Source: an uncultured Gemmatimonadaceae bacterium
Lineage (GTDB): Bacteria; Gemmatimonadota; Gemmatimonadetes; Gemmatimonadales; Gemmatimonadaceae
Reading direction: 5' to 3'
Assembly: GCA_963829055.1 (NCBI GenBank)
Contig: CAWHHI010000018.1
Location: 38,786-102,785 of the forward strand
DNA length: 64,000 nucleotides
Shown here: in pieces, positions 43,201-55,350 of the stretch
How the letters are laid out: each line of letters opens with the position of its first letter
Position numbering within the stretch: the stretch's first letter is position 1
Notes under the pieces: generated by a model
Told to the model about the DNA's origin: nothing
What the model saw: the letters and a program-made list of their open reading frames with translations, nothing else
Database searches by the model: none
Program-made: the position numbers and the translations under genes

Positions 43201-44617
43201 TCAGGCTTCTACGCGCTCGACTTCTCGGCCTCCGGGAGGCCACCGCCCCGGCCATCCGGGGAGCAGGAGTCCCAGCGCGAGCCCGCCGATCGCCAGGGCG
43301 AAAGTGAGTAAGTAGGCGCGACGGAGCCCGGCCAGCGGCGTTGCTGCCGCGAGAAGCGTTGCCAGAACGGCAATGCCGTAGGCTTGCACGAGGTACCGCG
43401 ACGACGAGACGAGTGAAGTCGCCCGCGGAAGCGCCGCGTGAGTGACATCGGCCAGTGCAGCGGTGAACGGCGTCTGTCACCGTGAGGCCTAACGCGATTC
43501 CGCGGATCGCGGTCAGCATGACGATGAAGGCGAGCGAAGTCGTTTCGCTCAGGTTCGCCAGCTGCCACGTATTGTAGATCAGCAGCGCAAACCCGCCGAC
43601 TACGAGCGTGCGCGGCCCGATGCGATCGTAAACCGCTCCCGCGATCGGCAGAAGCAGCCCGGCACCGAGGGCCAGCGGGAGCATCACCAGGCCGACGCGT
43701 CGCGCCGGCTCGTGTCGCACGACCTGGAGATACACGGGCAGCAGAAATTCGGCGCCGAAGAACGCGATCACGGTCACGTAGCCGACGAGCGTCGCGATGC
43801 GAAAGACAGGACGGCGGAAGAGCCGCAGATCGAGCAGCGGGTCGCGCGCAAGGCGAAGCTCGACGACCGCGAACGAGCCGAGGCCGACAGCACCGATCGC
43901 GAGCCACGCGAGCGTCCACGGAGCCGTCCATCCCAGCGTAGCAACGAGCGACGTCGCGTACAGCGACGCGCCGAAACCGCTGATCGCGGTGACGAGGCCC
44001 CAGGCATCCCAGCGTGCCGTCGATGAACCCGGCTGCACGACGAGAAAGCGGCGCGCAACGAGCACGCCGAGCACGCCGATCGGGACGTTGACGAAGAAGA
44101 TCATCCGCCACATGCCATGGTCGACGAACCAGCCCCCGAGCACGGGACCTAACGCGGGAGCAAACAGCAGCGCAAGTCCGAACACGCCGAGGGCAAGCCC
44201 GAGCTCCGACTTGCTGAAGCCGCGGAACGAGGATGGCTGTGCCCGTCGGAACCGCGAGCCCGCCGCCGATGCCCTTGATCGCGCGTGCGAACACCAGCGC
44301 CGGCAACGTCGGCGCTAGACCGGCGAGCAGCGACCCGGCGGCGAAGATGATGAGGCCGGCGATGTAGATTCGCGTGAGCCCGAAACGGTCGCCGAGAAAG
44401 CCAGCGACCGGCGTGGTAATCCCGAGCGCGAGCACGTAGATCGACACGATCCATTGGGCGCTGTGCAGCGACGCGCCGAATTCCGCGCGGAGTGTCGGGA
44501 ACGCGACGTTCACCGCGGTGGTGTCGAGCGTGACCAGAAGATGCCGAAGACCACCGCTGCGACCACCCGCCATTTCGACATTCGCGACGCTGGCGGTGAC
44601 GTGGTCGACGCTGTCAT
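43201..44617 (-). CDS. DHA2/EmrB-like MFS exporter (frameshifted)
   Basis: LDTTAVNVAFP, QWIVSIYVLA, GDRFG, PALGPVLGGW, WRMIFFVNVPIG, PLLDLRLF. Confidence 0.9.
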
Positions 44618-45011
44618 GCGAGGCTGGCGGCGAGGACGGCGACTTCCGCCAGGAGCACCGCGATCATGATCGCGTTCTGCCGCGGCGGGACGCCGAGGCG
44701 TCACGGAGAGTCCTCGTGCGGGCAACGCGCGTTGCGGCGCGAAGGAACTGGAGCAACGCCAGGCCACCTACGATGGCGCGGTTCCGTACCGGGTCGACGG
44801 CCGCAACGGCAGCCAGTACGCCGATCGCCACCGCCTGCGCTCCGATCATCGCTACCACATAGTCCATCTGCCCGTTCTCGCGAAGGTCAGCCGAATAGAG
44901 CGCGCGTGCGAATCGCCGAGCGCCCGCCGGAGCGATCAGCGCGAGCAGCCCGGTGCCAAGGTGATACGCCGCGAGCAGTGCCAGCACGGCCTGCGCCGCC
45001 AGCATGATCAT
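44614..45011 (-). CDS. Small membrane protein (about 4 TM), frameshift near the 3' end
   Basis: Hydrophobic helices. ATGA coupling at both ends. Confidence 0.6.
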
Positions 45012-47815
45012 CGTGTCAGCTGGTGCGTACGGTTCGGCGGTAGCGAGTAGTCACGCCACTCTGCGCCGCACCACCGGACGCGTACGGGGACCGGGCCTGT
45101 CCACGCGCCGAGCCCAACGTGAACGGTGCCGCTGTTCTGGGCCGCGAAGCCGTTGGCATGCTGCGTCTCCTGAACGATCGGCGGTTGCCCGGGCAGCTGC
45201 ACCACCACGGTGGAACCAGTGGCGTCCCGCGAGCACTGAGGCCCACCGCCGACGAGACGAAGCTCGATCCACGCCGTGCGCGCCGCGGCAGTCGCCTCGT
45301 TATGCAGGAGCACCGGTGTCGCGTGCTGGTTCGCGATGAGAACGTCGAGCCGTCCATCGCCGTCGAAATCGGCGAGCGCGGCACCCCGAGAATTGTCTGA
45401 CGCCGTGAAGCCCGCCGCTTCCGCAACGTCGACGAATTCCGGACGCGCCTTGGCGCCTCGATTGAGGTAGACGCGTCGCCGCTCGTTAGGGTAGATGCAG
45501 CGCCCACGTAGATCGCCCCACATGTCGGCGTAGACGTGAATGGCGCGCGGCGACTGCATCAGCTTGTGGTTCACGTACCAGTAGTCGGGGCAGCCCTCGT
45601 AGCGGCGGTCGAGCCGGTCGTCGACCATGCCGTTCGTCTGCACGATATCGAGCCAGCCGTCGCCGTCGAGATCTCCAACAGCCGCTCCCCAGCCGAAGCG
45701 GTCCTCGTTGAGCGCGCCGCGCCGGCTCGCTTCGTCCGTGAACTGTGGACGACTCTTCGCGTCTGTACCGCGATTCATCCACAGCAGCGAGCCCTCGGCC
45801 TGCAGCGCGTGATGGACGTTCGACACGTAGATGTCCAGGCGCCCGTCGCGATCGAAGTCCGAGATCGAGCTGTTCATGCCCTTGTACGTGTCCATGCCGA
45901 TGTCGCCGAACATGGTACCGGCAATGCGCTCGAAGCGTCCGTGCCGATTCATGTAGAGGTCATCGCGGCCGAAGTCGCTCGCGATGTACAGGTCGGTCCA
46001 GCCATCGCGATCGAGGTCGCCCGTGCCGACCGAGATCGACCAGTGCGTCTCCGGCATTCCTAACGCGGCCGCGTCGAGCGGCTCGAACGTCCCGTCGCCG
46101 CGGTTTTCGAGCACGAGGTTGCGACCACCATTGGCGGCGTCGTGCCAGCCGTCGTGCATGAAGGCGAACATGCGGCGGTCGCCCGGGTACGCCGGTGCCG
46201 GGAGGCGGAAGATCGAGAGACGCGTCGAGTCCTGATACTGCCTGAGGTGTGAGTCGAGGACGTTGCCGACGATGATGTCGAGATCTCCGTCGCGATCGAA
46301 GTCGATCGCGTTCGCGCTGACACTGATCGCGTAACGGCCGACGCCGGAGTGCTCGGTGACGTCCTCGAACGCCAGCGTCCCGGACTCGGTCAGCATGTTC
46401 CTGAGGAGTCGGATCGAGCCGAAGCTCACGACAACCATGATGTCCTGGTCGCCGTCATTATCGTAGTCGAGCAGCAGCGAGCCTGACGCGAGACCGACTT
46501 GCGCTGGGTCGCCACCGAAGCGTGACAACGCCGGGACGTCGACGCGCTCGAATCGCATGTCGCCGCGGTTGAGCCAGACTCCCACGCGATCCGTCGGTAT
46601 CGCGAGTGGTGCCGTGAGCACGACGTCGGGCCGGCCGTCACCGTTCAAATCGGCGACCGACGCACTCGCGCCAACCGAAAGCAGCCACTTGGCGATGTGG
46701 CGGAGTCGCGCATCGACGAGATCGTATGCGCTCGGGTCCATCGTGACCCGGAGTCCGCTGCGCGACGCCGGCACCTCGGCGAGGCGAAACCCAGGATCAT
46801 CGATCGCCACGTGAGGGCGAATCACGCCGGCGTACGCGACGGACCCGAGTACGCCGATGAGCCCCACGATACCGACGCGCCGAGCCAACGCCGGGTCGAG
46901 AAGCGTTAGGCGCGCGTACCGTCCCGGTCCTGCAGCCCGGGCCCGCTTGAAGTGCAGCCAGAAGAAGCGCACGGTCGCGACGATGAACGCGGCGTAGAAG
47001 AACGTGAACACCGATTGGAAGCGGTGCAGCACGAGGTCCACGAGCGCGATCGAGATTCCGACTGCGATCTGGTTCCCGCGCGTGTCCGGAGACGTGCGCG
47101 GGTCGGTGAGCATGAAGAAGGTGAAGAGGAAGAACGGCGGCGCGGTCATCGTTCCGAGAAAGAGCATCTCGGGCGGAAGGTGCGCTCGCATGAGGTAGGC
47201 GCGCAGCGCGGTCTGCAGCGCGTAGGTCACGAGGAAGGACGCGATGAGCCAGCCTCTCCCGATCCGGAATACGAAGCCTGCCAGCGCCAGCGTGATGATG
47301 AACGCCGACATCGCCAGTGTCCCGCCCCACTGGTACGCTGGAGCCGCGGTGATGAGGTGTCCGGCAAAGAGCAGTGTCGTCGCGACGCCGAAGAGCGACG
47401 GGTTGTAGTGGTGCTTCCCGTCCACGGTGAACACGTACTTCGATGCGATCGACAGGAAGACCGGCACCGCCAGCAGGAAGTAGTCGTGAGCGTAGTTGAG
47501 TAGAATGGCCAGCGAGAGCCCAGTGATGAGCGCGCTGAGCGGAACGAGCAGCTCGCGTTTGCGGAGCAACGCATGAAGCCCGACCTCGAGCACGCACGCC
47601 GTCCCGACCGTGAGCAGGATCTGGGACGGTGAGCGATTGAAGCCAAGAACCGTGCAGCCGAGGATGAGGTAGATCGCCAGGATGGCGGCGAACGCGAGCC
47701 GCGGATCGCGCCACGTCGGAAGTCCTACGATCGGAGCTCGCCGGCGCCCGACCGGCGCGGTAGAAGGCGTTAGGCCGCCTTCGTACGCGCGCGCGACGCG
47801 CGGCGGAGCCGTCAT
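45008..47815 (-). CDS. Fusion of RnfD/NqrB-like (UnbU-type) membrane domain and FG-GAP/ASPIC-UnbV (CRTAC1-like) domain
   Basis: N-terminal DPRL, SALITGLSL, SKYVF..GKHHYNPS.FG, FFMLTDPRTSP. C-terminal repeats ADLNGDGRPD, DYDNDGDQD, DFDRDGDLD, DLDGDGWLD and an ASPIC/UnbV tail GFAAQN..VHVGLG. Confidence 0.85.
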   Translation of the reverse strand: MTAPPRVARAYEGGLTPSTAPVGRRRAPIVGLPTWRDPRLAFAAILAIYLILGCTVLGFNRSPSQILLTVGTACVLEVGLHALLRKRELLVPLSALITGLSLAILLNYAHDYFLLAVPVFLSIASKYVFTVDGKHHYNPSLFGVATTLLFAGHLITAAPAYQWGGTLAMSAFIITLALAGFVFRIGRGWLIASFLVTYALQTALRAYLMRAHLPPEMLFLGTMTAPPFFLFTFFMLTDPRTSPDTRGNQIAVGISIALVDLVLHRFQSVFTFFYAAFIVATVRFFWLHFKRARAAGPGRYARLTLLDPALARRVGIVGLIGVLGSVAYAGVIRPHVAIDDPGFRLAEVPASRSGLRVTMDPSAYDLVDARLRHIAKWLLSVGASASVADLNGDGRPDVVLTAPLAIPTDRVGVWLNRGDMRFERVDVPALSRFGGDPAQVGLASGSLLLDYDNDGDQDIMVVVSFGSIRLLRNMLTESGTLAFEDVTEHSGVGRYAISVSANAIDFDRDGDLDIIVGNVLDSHLRQYQDSTRLSIFRLPAPAYPGDRRMFAFMHDGWHDAANGGRNLVLENRGDGTFEPLDAAALGMPETHWSISVGTGDLDRDGWTDLYIASDFGRDDLYMNRHGRFERIAGTMFGDIGMDTYKGMNSSISDFDRDGRLDIYVSNVHHALQAEGSLLWMNRGTDAKSRPQFTDEASRRGALNEDRFGWGAAVGDLDGDGWLDIVQTNGMVDDRLDRRYEGCPDYWYVNHKLMQSPRAIHVYADMWGDLRGRCIYPNERRRVYLNRGAKARPEFVDVAEAAGFTASDNSRGAALADFDGDGRLDVLIANQHATPVLLHNEATAAARTAWIELRLVGGGPQCSRDATGSTVVVQLPGQPPIVQETQHANGFAAQNSGTVHVGLGAWTGPVPVRVRWCGAEWRDYSLPPNRTHQLTR

Positions 47816-48971
47816 ACGAGCGCCATCTCGAGCCCCGGCATCGGCGAAGTCGGGGGGATCAACGGGAGCGCGACGCCAGGTAGCGTCACGAGATGCAGCT
47901 CGGCGCGAAGGTTGGTGACGACCATTCCGCGATACGCCGTGTCGTTTGCGTCGCCGACCGGCGCGCAGGCGCTGATGAAATGAAATCCGGCAGCGCGTGC
48001 CCGCCGGTATGCCGCGCGAAGGAGCGCCCGCAGCAGCGACGGTTCTGCAGGCGGAACAGCGACGTGCGTTGCGTAGACGTAGCGCAGCGGCGCTCCGGGT
48101 TCCGGTAGATGCGGACGTCTGAGCACGGTCGCCATGATGTCGTGGATCATGCGCACCCGGCGCATCGATCCCGAGTACGACGCGACGACGGTCTCCTTCA
48201 CCGGGGCCGCGTCCCAGAGCGCGAGCGTGCCTACCGGTGTGCCATCGGCGCCAGTCGCGACGAGGAAAGAGTCGATCGTTAGGCCCGGCCAGGTCGCCAG
48301 CCGCCGTCGCAATTCCGCCTCGTCCACGACGTAGCCGAACGGACGGGAGCGGCCATCGGCGTCGAGCAGCCGCGCGATCGCGGGGATGTCGGCCTCGGTC
48401 GCACGCCGCACGTGCCACTCACTCCGCTCCGGCACGAGCGGCAGAACGAGCTGAATCGCGCGGATGTCGAACTCACGAAGCACGGTGTAGCGCGGTCGGC
48501 CAGCGCGCTCCGCACGCGCGGGTCGCGCAACGAGCGCGCGCCTGGCGCGGAGGTTGGACCCGATGATGGCCGTCACGAAGTACTCGCAGGTCCATTCGTC
48601 AGCAGCGTCACGCAGAATGGGCCCGTAGAACCGATCCAGTAGTAGCCGGCCTTGAACTACAGGCGCGAGGCGGAGGTCGCCGAGGTATCCGACCGGCACC
48701 CGGCGCCCGTCGAGCCAGCCGTCTCGCACCAGCACCGAGCCCGTTCCTACCACCGCGGCGTCACGCTCCACGACCCACTCACGCCAGTCGCGCGCGTGGA
48801 GTGCATACAACGCCGACATCGTCGGCGAGCGTCGCACGGAAAGCGCGAGCTCGGCGTCCATCGGCACCGCGGACATCAACGCGCGGCGTGCCGCGTCATC
48901 GCTCGCAGTCGCGAGGCGAACGACCGTCGACGTCGTCGCGCGCAGGGAATCCGTGGCGGTGGCGGTCATCA

Positions 48972-48975
<4 letters not shown>
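47812..48975 (-). CDS. Tandem GNAT-fold acyltransferase-like protein
   Basis: VRLATASDD, VGYLGDLRLAPVVQG. A second module begins VRRATEADIPAI. Confidence 0.65.
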
Positions 48976-50006
<1,031 letters not shown>

Positions 50007-50129
50007 CGTTCCAGCGCATGACGTCCCGGCGCTCGACCGCGTGCTGCCGCTCGGTGCGGCTCGCGTGCGATAGCGCGGCCTGCGTGTCGGTGATTGTCAT
50101 TCCGAGGAGCCGCGAGCGCTCGGGTAGAC

Positions 50130-51812
50130 TCAGCGAGTCGAGAACGGTTTGTCATTCCGAGCGGCGGCGCGAGAGGAATCGATCGTTCGGCATTCGAAAT
50201 ACCGTTCCCAACCTAACGCCGGATCGAGCGCGGGCGGCTTGATCGTGCCGGCACGTTGGCCACGCTCAGCGCACGCGAGCTCGTACGAGCGCTCGCCATC
50301 GCGGACGGCGACACCGCACACCGGCTCGAGCTGGCCGAGCCCGCGGCAGAGCGCGTAGTGATGGGCGGCCAGCAACTCACGCTCGACCGCGGCCGCGAGC
50401 CGCTCGGCCTGCTCACGAGACGTATCGACGTAGAGCATGTACCGATGCTGCGGTTCCACACTCGGCACGAGCATCGCGAAGGTGGAGCGCATTCCTGTCG
50501 CGCCTAACGCCGTCGAGAGGACCTGCTCGACGAAGGCGGGTGTCAACTTCTCGCCCGCGAGGTCGCTCGCCCGATCGGCTCGTCCGCGAAACGAAAGCAT
50601 CGGCGTGCGTCGCACGAAGCCTTCGACGCGCACCAGATCGCGGAGCCTGTAGCGATACAGTCCGCCGCTGGTGGTCAGCACGACTTCGTAGGTCGCACCG
50701 TATTCGAGGCGATCGACGCCTGTCGCGCGCGTAGTCTCGCCCTCGGGCAGGAACTCGAGATAGTGAGATGTGACCGCGGCGACGGGATGCGCGCATCCGA
50801 GGAACGGAATGGACACGACGCCTTCAGTGGCGAGCAGTCCCTTCGGTTGGATCTCCACGTGCGGGAAGCGGCGTCGCACTCCGTCCAGCGCGCGCGCGGC
50901 GTGCCCGTCAGCCCAGCACGAGATGAGCGCGAGGCGTTCCCATATCTCACCGAGGTCCTCAGGCGGCCGACTTCCAAAGCGGCGACGAAGCGCGCGGGCA
51001 CGGGCAGGACGCGCCGGCATTTCACGCTTCACATGAGCCGAGAGATCCGGCGCGAGCGGCGTGCGAACTTCACCATCCTCCAGATCGCGCAGCAAATCGC
51101 CGAACGTCATATCGAGATCGCTGGCGAGCAGCGCGAGAAAGCTCGGGCTCCAGACGGGAGATGAGCCGCAGGTCGGGGGCCGCGAGCAGCGCGCGCAACG
51201 TCAGGTACCGACATGTCGCGATGTCCGGGGCGCGCGCTACGATTCCTGGTACGGCGAGCGACCGCTCGAGGAGCGCGCGCAGGGGGGCGGGGAAGTAGTC
51301 GCTGTCGTGCTCCATGCCGATCGCGATGCCTCCCGCTGTACGCGTCGGGCGCCTGCCGGGCGGTGAGACGGCCCAGTAGGCTCGCCCGCCACGAAGCGCG
51401 CCACGCGACGCAAGCAGATCGTACACCCACGCCATCGTCGCTCGCGAGAACTCGGCGAGCAGCGCATCGGTATAGGGAACGAGCTTGAGCGCACCTGACG
51501 AGCCACCGGTCGGCTCCATGAACTTCACCGGCGCGGTTGTGAGAACGCCGGCCTCGCCGTCGCCGACGCGACGGACCCAGGCGCGAGCTCGCCGGAGTCG
51601 AGGAATCGCACACTCTCGTTGTAGTACGAGGCGATTGGATGCTCGCGAACCCGTGCGCGCGGCCATAGGCCGTCCCGGCATTCTCGCGGACGATGCGGCC
51701 AGGATGCTCGCCTCCGCGGCATGCGGCGCTCTAACGCTTTCCGGAATCGAAGACGCGCTGGAACGGCCCCGGCGCGGGTGGCGCTATTCGCGAGTCGCGC
51801 GACGACGGTCAT
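50130..51812 (-). CDS. GH3-family acyl-acid amido synthetase (frameshifted)
   Basis: EPTGGSSGALKLVPYT, GLLATEG, HYLEFLP, YEVVLTTSGGLYRYRLRDLV, DLAGEKL. Confidence 0.88.
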
Positions 51813-52618
51813 CCGACGAAGCGCCCCGCGCCAAGGCCGACCGTGCGCAATGCGCGACGGACGAGGAAGCGGGCCATCACGCGCACGAGGTCGCGGATAC
51901 GGACGACGGCCAGGCACGCGAGCTCGTCGCCGGCGCTATGACCCGGATTCCGCTCTACGAAGTATCGAACGTGGCGGTTGCGCAGCGCCGCGGGCGTGAG
52001 CGGCGCGATGCCATCGCGGACGTACTCGTGTGGCGTGGCGTAGCGGATGATCCCGGTGTCCGAGTCGTACTCATCCCCGAATCGCTCACCTGCGACCGTG
52101 TCCAACATGTCGCGCAACTCGCGGTCGTCGAGCTCTCCCTCGCGCGGGATCGATCGCGGGAAGGCGTTGGCAAGAATCAGGTAGGTTCGATACCCCTTCG
52201 AGATCAGGAACCAGTAGAGCGGCCGCCTCGGCTGCCGGAGCTTGAGCGAGAGGAGAAGCCGCGCAACGGCGATCTGGAGCTCCTTCTGCCCCCAGTATGC
52301 TCGATCGACGACGGTATCGCCGGAAAAGAAAAGCGTCGCCGGCCCACTCGAAGTCGCGATGTCCGTGAGAAGCACCGTTGAAAAACCCTTCAACGCCCCA
52401 GTCTCGCGATCGTGAAGCAGGATCACCCGCTGCTTCTCCGCGAGATCGGTCGCGAATCGAGCACGATTGGTTCCCGCGTAGGTCGCAGCAAACAGCGCGT
52501 ACGCGTCGTCCACCGTAGCGGTAGAAAGCGTGCACGGCGTGACCACGCTCGCGACGAGTCTGCCCGTGACACGCCGGCCCTTGCTTACCTCGTCGAGTGA
52601 GATCGCGGCCCCGGTCAT
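51809..52618 (-). CDS. Conserved hypothetical protein, probable GNAT fold
   Basis: FATDLAEKQRVIL..LKGFST, FSGDTVVDRAYWGQ, YWFLISKGYRTY. ATGA-coupled to the GH3 gene. Confidence 0.6.
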   Translation of the reverse strand: MTGAAISLDEVSKGRRVTGRLVASVVTPCTLSTATVDDAYALFAATYAGTNRARFATDLAEKQRVILLHDRETGALKGFSTVLLTDIATSSGPATLFFSGDTVVDRAYWGQKELQIAVARLLLSLKLRQPRRPLYWFLISKGYRTYLILANAFPRSIPREGELDDRELRDMLDTVAGERFGDEYDSDTGIIRYATPHEYVRDGIAPLTPAALRNRHVRYFVERNPGHSAGDELACLAVVRIRDLVRVMARFLVRRALRTVGLGAGRFVG

Positions 52619-52700
52619 GGAACTCCGTGTGGATTCGAGGTGCAGAGTAGCGCCCGGTGCGGCAAGTCGGAGATACGTCGTGTGACGTAGCCGTCGGCCG

Positions 52701-53321
52701 TCAGCGATCGAGATTGGTGTAGCGGCCGAGCTGAAACCGCTCGCGCCAGGCGCGTGGGATGCTGCGCGCGTCCGACGGTGATGGTCCCGAGAAAGTCCTG
52801 ATCGTAGGCAACGTCCGTAGCGACGACCCTGATGCGCGGAAAGGCACGGGTCGAGATACGTACCGAACAGGCGGTCCCAGAGCGTGGTGAAATTGCCGTA
52901 GTTCCCCCGCAGATCCACGGAGTGGTGGAGCACGTGCTCGTGCGGGGTCGTCAAGGCGAACACACGCAGCACGCGGTGTGCGAGCCAGCCGCGGCGGAGA
53001 AACGAGGAGTGGCTCGTCACGAGCAAAGTGCTCGACGCCAGCAGCGGGATCTGAAACACGAGTCCAGCGCCACATGGGACGCCCGCCAATGCGCAGCGCG
53101 AGGTACGTCAGGATCGCCGTGAACGCGATTGTCGGCACGACGGTGAAAACCGCGAACGGCCGCACGCCGAACCCGGGCATCCCGACGAACACCTGACTTG
53201 GGAGGTGGTGACTCTCGTGGGTGAACCAGAACCACCGATGATGACTGAAGCAGCGGTGCCACGCGTAATCCACGAGGCCTGCGAGGTGGAACAGCGCGAC
53301 CGCGACGACCGCCAGCCGCAC
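52701..53321 (-). CDS. Sterol desaturase / fatty acid hydroxylase family (frameshifted, N-terminus apparently missing)
   Basis: His boxes YAWHRCFSH, THESHH, HEHVLHH. NYGNFTTLWDRLFGTY. Confidence 0.85.
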   Translation of the reverse strand: MRLAVVAVALFHLAGLVDYAWHRCFSHHRWFWFTHESHHLPSQVFVGMPGFGVRPFAVFTVVPTIAFTAILTYLALRIGGRPMWRWTRVSDPAAGVEHFARDEPLLVSPPRLARTPRAACVRLDDPARARAPPLRGSAGELRQFHHALGPPVRYVSRPVPFRASGSSLRTLPTIRTFSGPSPSDARSIPRAWRERFQLGRYTNLDR

Positions 53322-53466
53322 CCAACTGCGGCGTCCAGTCCACCGTCGCTCCGTAGCCTCGGGCGATAGCCTGCGTCAGCGATGCCGAGACGTTGACCGC
53401 GATGCCGACGACGAGGTGGAACGCGGCGATGAACCAGAGGTAGGCCTTGAGGATCTGGTAGGACAT
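53322..53466 (-). pseudogene. 5' fragment of a small membrane protein paralogous to 44614-45011
   Basis: LKAYLWFIAAFHLVVGIAVNVS...YGATVDWTPQ resembles AQAVLALLAAYHLGTGLLALIA...YSADLRENGQ. Similarity ends abruptly. Confidence 0.45.
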
Positions 53467-53610
53467 GGCGGGGATGGAGGCGGGATCTGCCGCGGCGGTC
53501 GCGCAGGATTATACCGCACGCTGCCGAGTGCGCCACACGTGCATGACACCCGGGGGGCCCGCTCGGGCGGTCCACCGACTAGATTTGGGCATCACCCTCG
53601 AGGTCAACGC

Positions 53611-53904
53611 ATGAAAGCGATGCAATTCGAAGACGTTGGGCGCACCTTCACGTGTGAGCCCGGCTCATCACCCGCTACCCCAGGAACACTCTGGTGGTGG
53701 GTCAGTGTGTCTGGCGAAACCCAGCGATACGCGGCATTCCGCGTTGAGCCCACCGATACTCCGGCGTCACTCAGACCTCGGGTGCTCGCCTATTACGCCC
53801 AGATCCTCGTCGATCGTGAGCGGCCGCGCATCACCCGGCCGACCTGGGCGCAGCGTAAACCGGCTCCCGCACCGGAAACGAGCGGGACCCCGACGACGAC
53901 CTGA
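53611..53904 (+). CDS. Small hypothetical protein
   Basis: GAGG RBS upstream. Coding-like sequence FEDVGRTFTCE...WWWVSV...YAAFR. Confidence 0.65.
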   Translation: MKAMQFEDVGRTFTCEPGSSPATPGTLWWWVSVSGETQRYAAFRVEPTDTPASLRPRVLAYYAQILVDRERPRITRPTWAQRKPAPAPETSGTPTTT

Positions 53905-54103
53905 TCGCGGCGGTATCGCGCAACCCGGCGGCTCATCTGCGAGCCCAGGGTTGCGCGAGCGCCCCGCGCGGGGCGCACAAGACCACAAAAAGCACCTGTC
54001 TATGTTGGGTCGCGTTTGGGTAGCTTGCGCTCGCCCACGAGGTGCGGTTGTATGACGCGCCAGGGTGTCGGTAACGCGTAGCCAGCCCACGAGAAACGGC
54101 GCC

Positions 54104-55072
54104 ATGACCCTGCCGCCCGCAGATACGCTCGCGAAAGTCGAAGTGCTCGCCGACCTGGAGCCGGTCGTGCACGAGCTGATGGAAGCCCACGAGGCCAAGC
54201 GCCTGCTCTGGTTTCCGAGCGAGCTGCTCGCCGCCCCGCCCGAGACGGACCCCGACCATCACCTGCAGGAGCTGCGCAAGCGAGCCGAGGGGATCAGTCT
54301 CCCCGCACGGGTCGCCGTCGCGCTCAATCTCCTCACGGAGGAAGGGCTCCCGCACTTCCACCGACTGCTCGCCGCATACCTCGGCGGCGATACGTTCTGG
54401 TCGAAGTGGACCAACCTCTGGACGGCCGAGGAGGATCGGCACGGCGCCATCCTGCACGACTACACGCGCGACAGCCGCATTCTCGATAATCCCGTACTCG
54501 AGCGTATGCAGTTCGAGTATCTGAAGGCGGGCTTCGAACCAGCCTGGGACAAGGATCCGTACCGCGTCTTCGTCTACACGACGCTCCAGGAGCGCGCGAC
54601 TCAGGTCAGCCACGCGAATACGGGGAAGCTCGCCAGCGAGTACGAGCCGACGATTGGCATGGTGCTCTCGAACGTGGCCAAGGAAGAGGCTCGGCACTAC
54701 ACGTTCTATCGCACCATCTTCAAGGAAGTGCTCGAGCGCGATCCCAATCGGGCACTCGCGTCTGCCGCCGAGGTCATGCCGTCCATCGACATGCCGGGCG
54801 TCAACATGCCGCACTTCCGCGAGTTGGCCGATGTGATCCGGAGGGCGGGCATCTACGGGCCTCGAGAGTACCTCAAGATCGTCGAGGAACAGATTCGCTT
54901 CTGGGCGATCGAGGACATTACCGGTCTCGACGAGGTGGGCGCCCGATCTCAGGAGTCGATCCTCGGCATTCCGAAACGGATCGAGCGGTTCGCCAACGCC
55001 CTCGAGGTTCGCAACCGCCCCAAGAGCTTCTCGTTCGCCGTCGCGTTCAGCCGCGAGTTCCAGATGGACTGA
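54104..55072 (+). CDS. Acyl-ACP desaturase (ferritin-like di-iron)
   Basis: NLLTEEGLPHF, WTAEEDRHG, YTTLQERAT, EEARHY. Confidence 0.93.
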   Translation: MTLPPADTLAKVEVLADLEPVVHELMEAHEAKRLLWFPSELLAAPPETDPDHHLQELRKRAEGISLPARVAVALNLLTEEGLPHFHRLLAAYLGGDTFWSKWTNLWTAEEDRHGAILHDYTRDSRILDNPVLERMQFEYLKAGFEPAWDKDPYRVFVYTTLQERATQVSHANTGKLASEYEPTIGMVLSNVAKEEARHYTFYRTIFKEVLERDPNRALASAAEVMPSIDMPGVNMPHFRELADVIRRAGIYGPREYLKIVEEQIRFWAIEDITGLDEVGARSQESILGIPKRIERFANALEVRNRPKSFSFAVAFSREFQMD

Positions 55073-55350
55073 CGTTGTCGCCGCGCGCGTTCCGGCGGCG
55101 CGATGTCCTTCATCGGTGCTGCGAGTACGTGTAGTAGACGTAACTGAAAGAACGGCAATCGCGTGGGCGTTCCCGCGCGCGACGACGCTGGCCAGTTGGG
55201 CCTGTTCAGGCGCGGCTCACCCTGCGGGCGCATCGGTTCGTCCCATGCGCCTTGGCGCTGCTCACAGCACCGCCTTTGATTGAGCGAGCGCGGTTTCTGG
55301 GACGAGCCGAATAACGTGCGTCCCGCGTTCGAGCACACCCACGGCCATCG

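Noticed and set aside
47816..48418. N-terminal 200-aa extension of the 1136-aa ORF
   Set aside because: It overlaps the GNAT gene in a shadow frame. The ATGA-coupled start at 47815 fits better.
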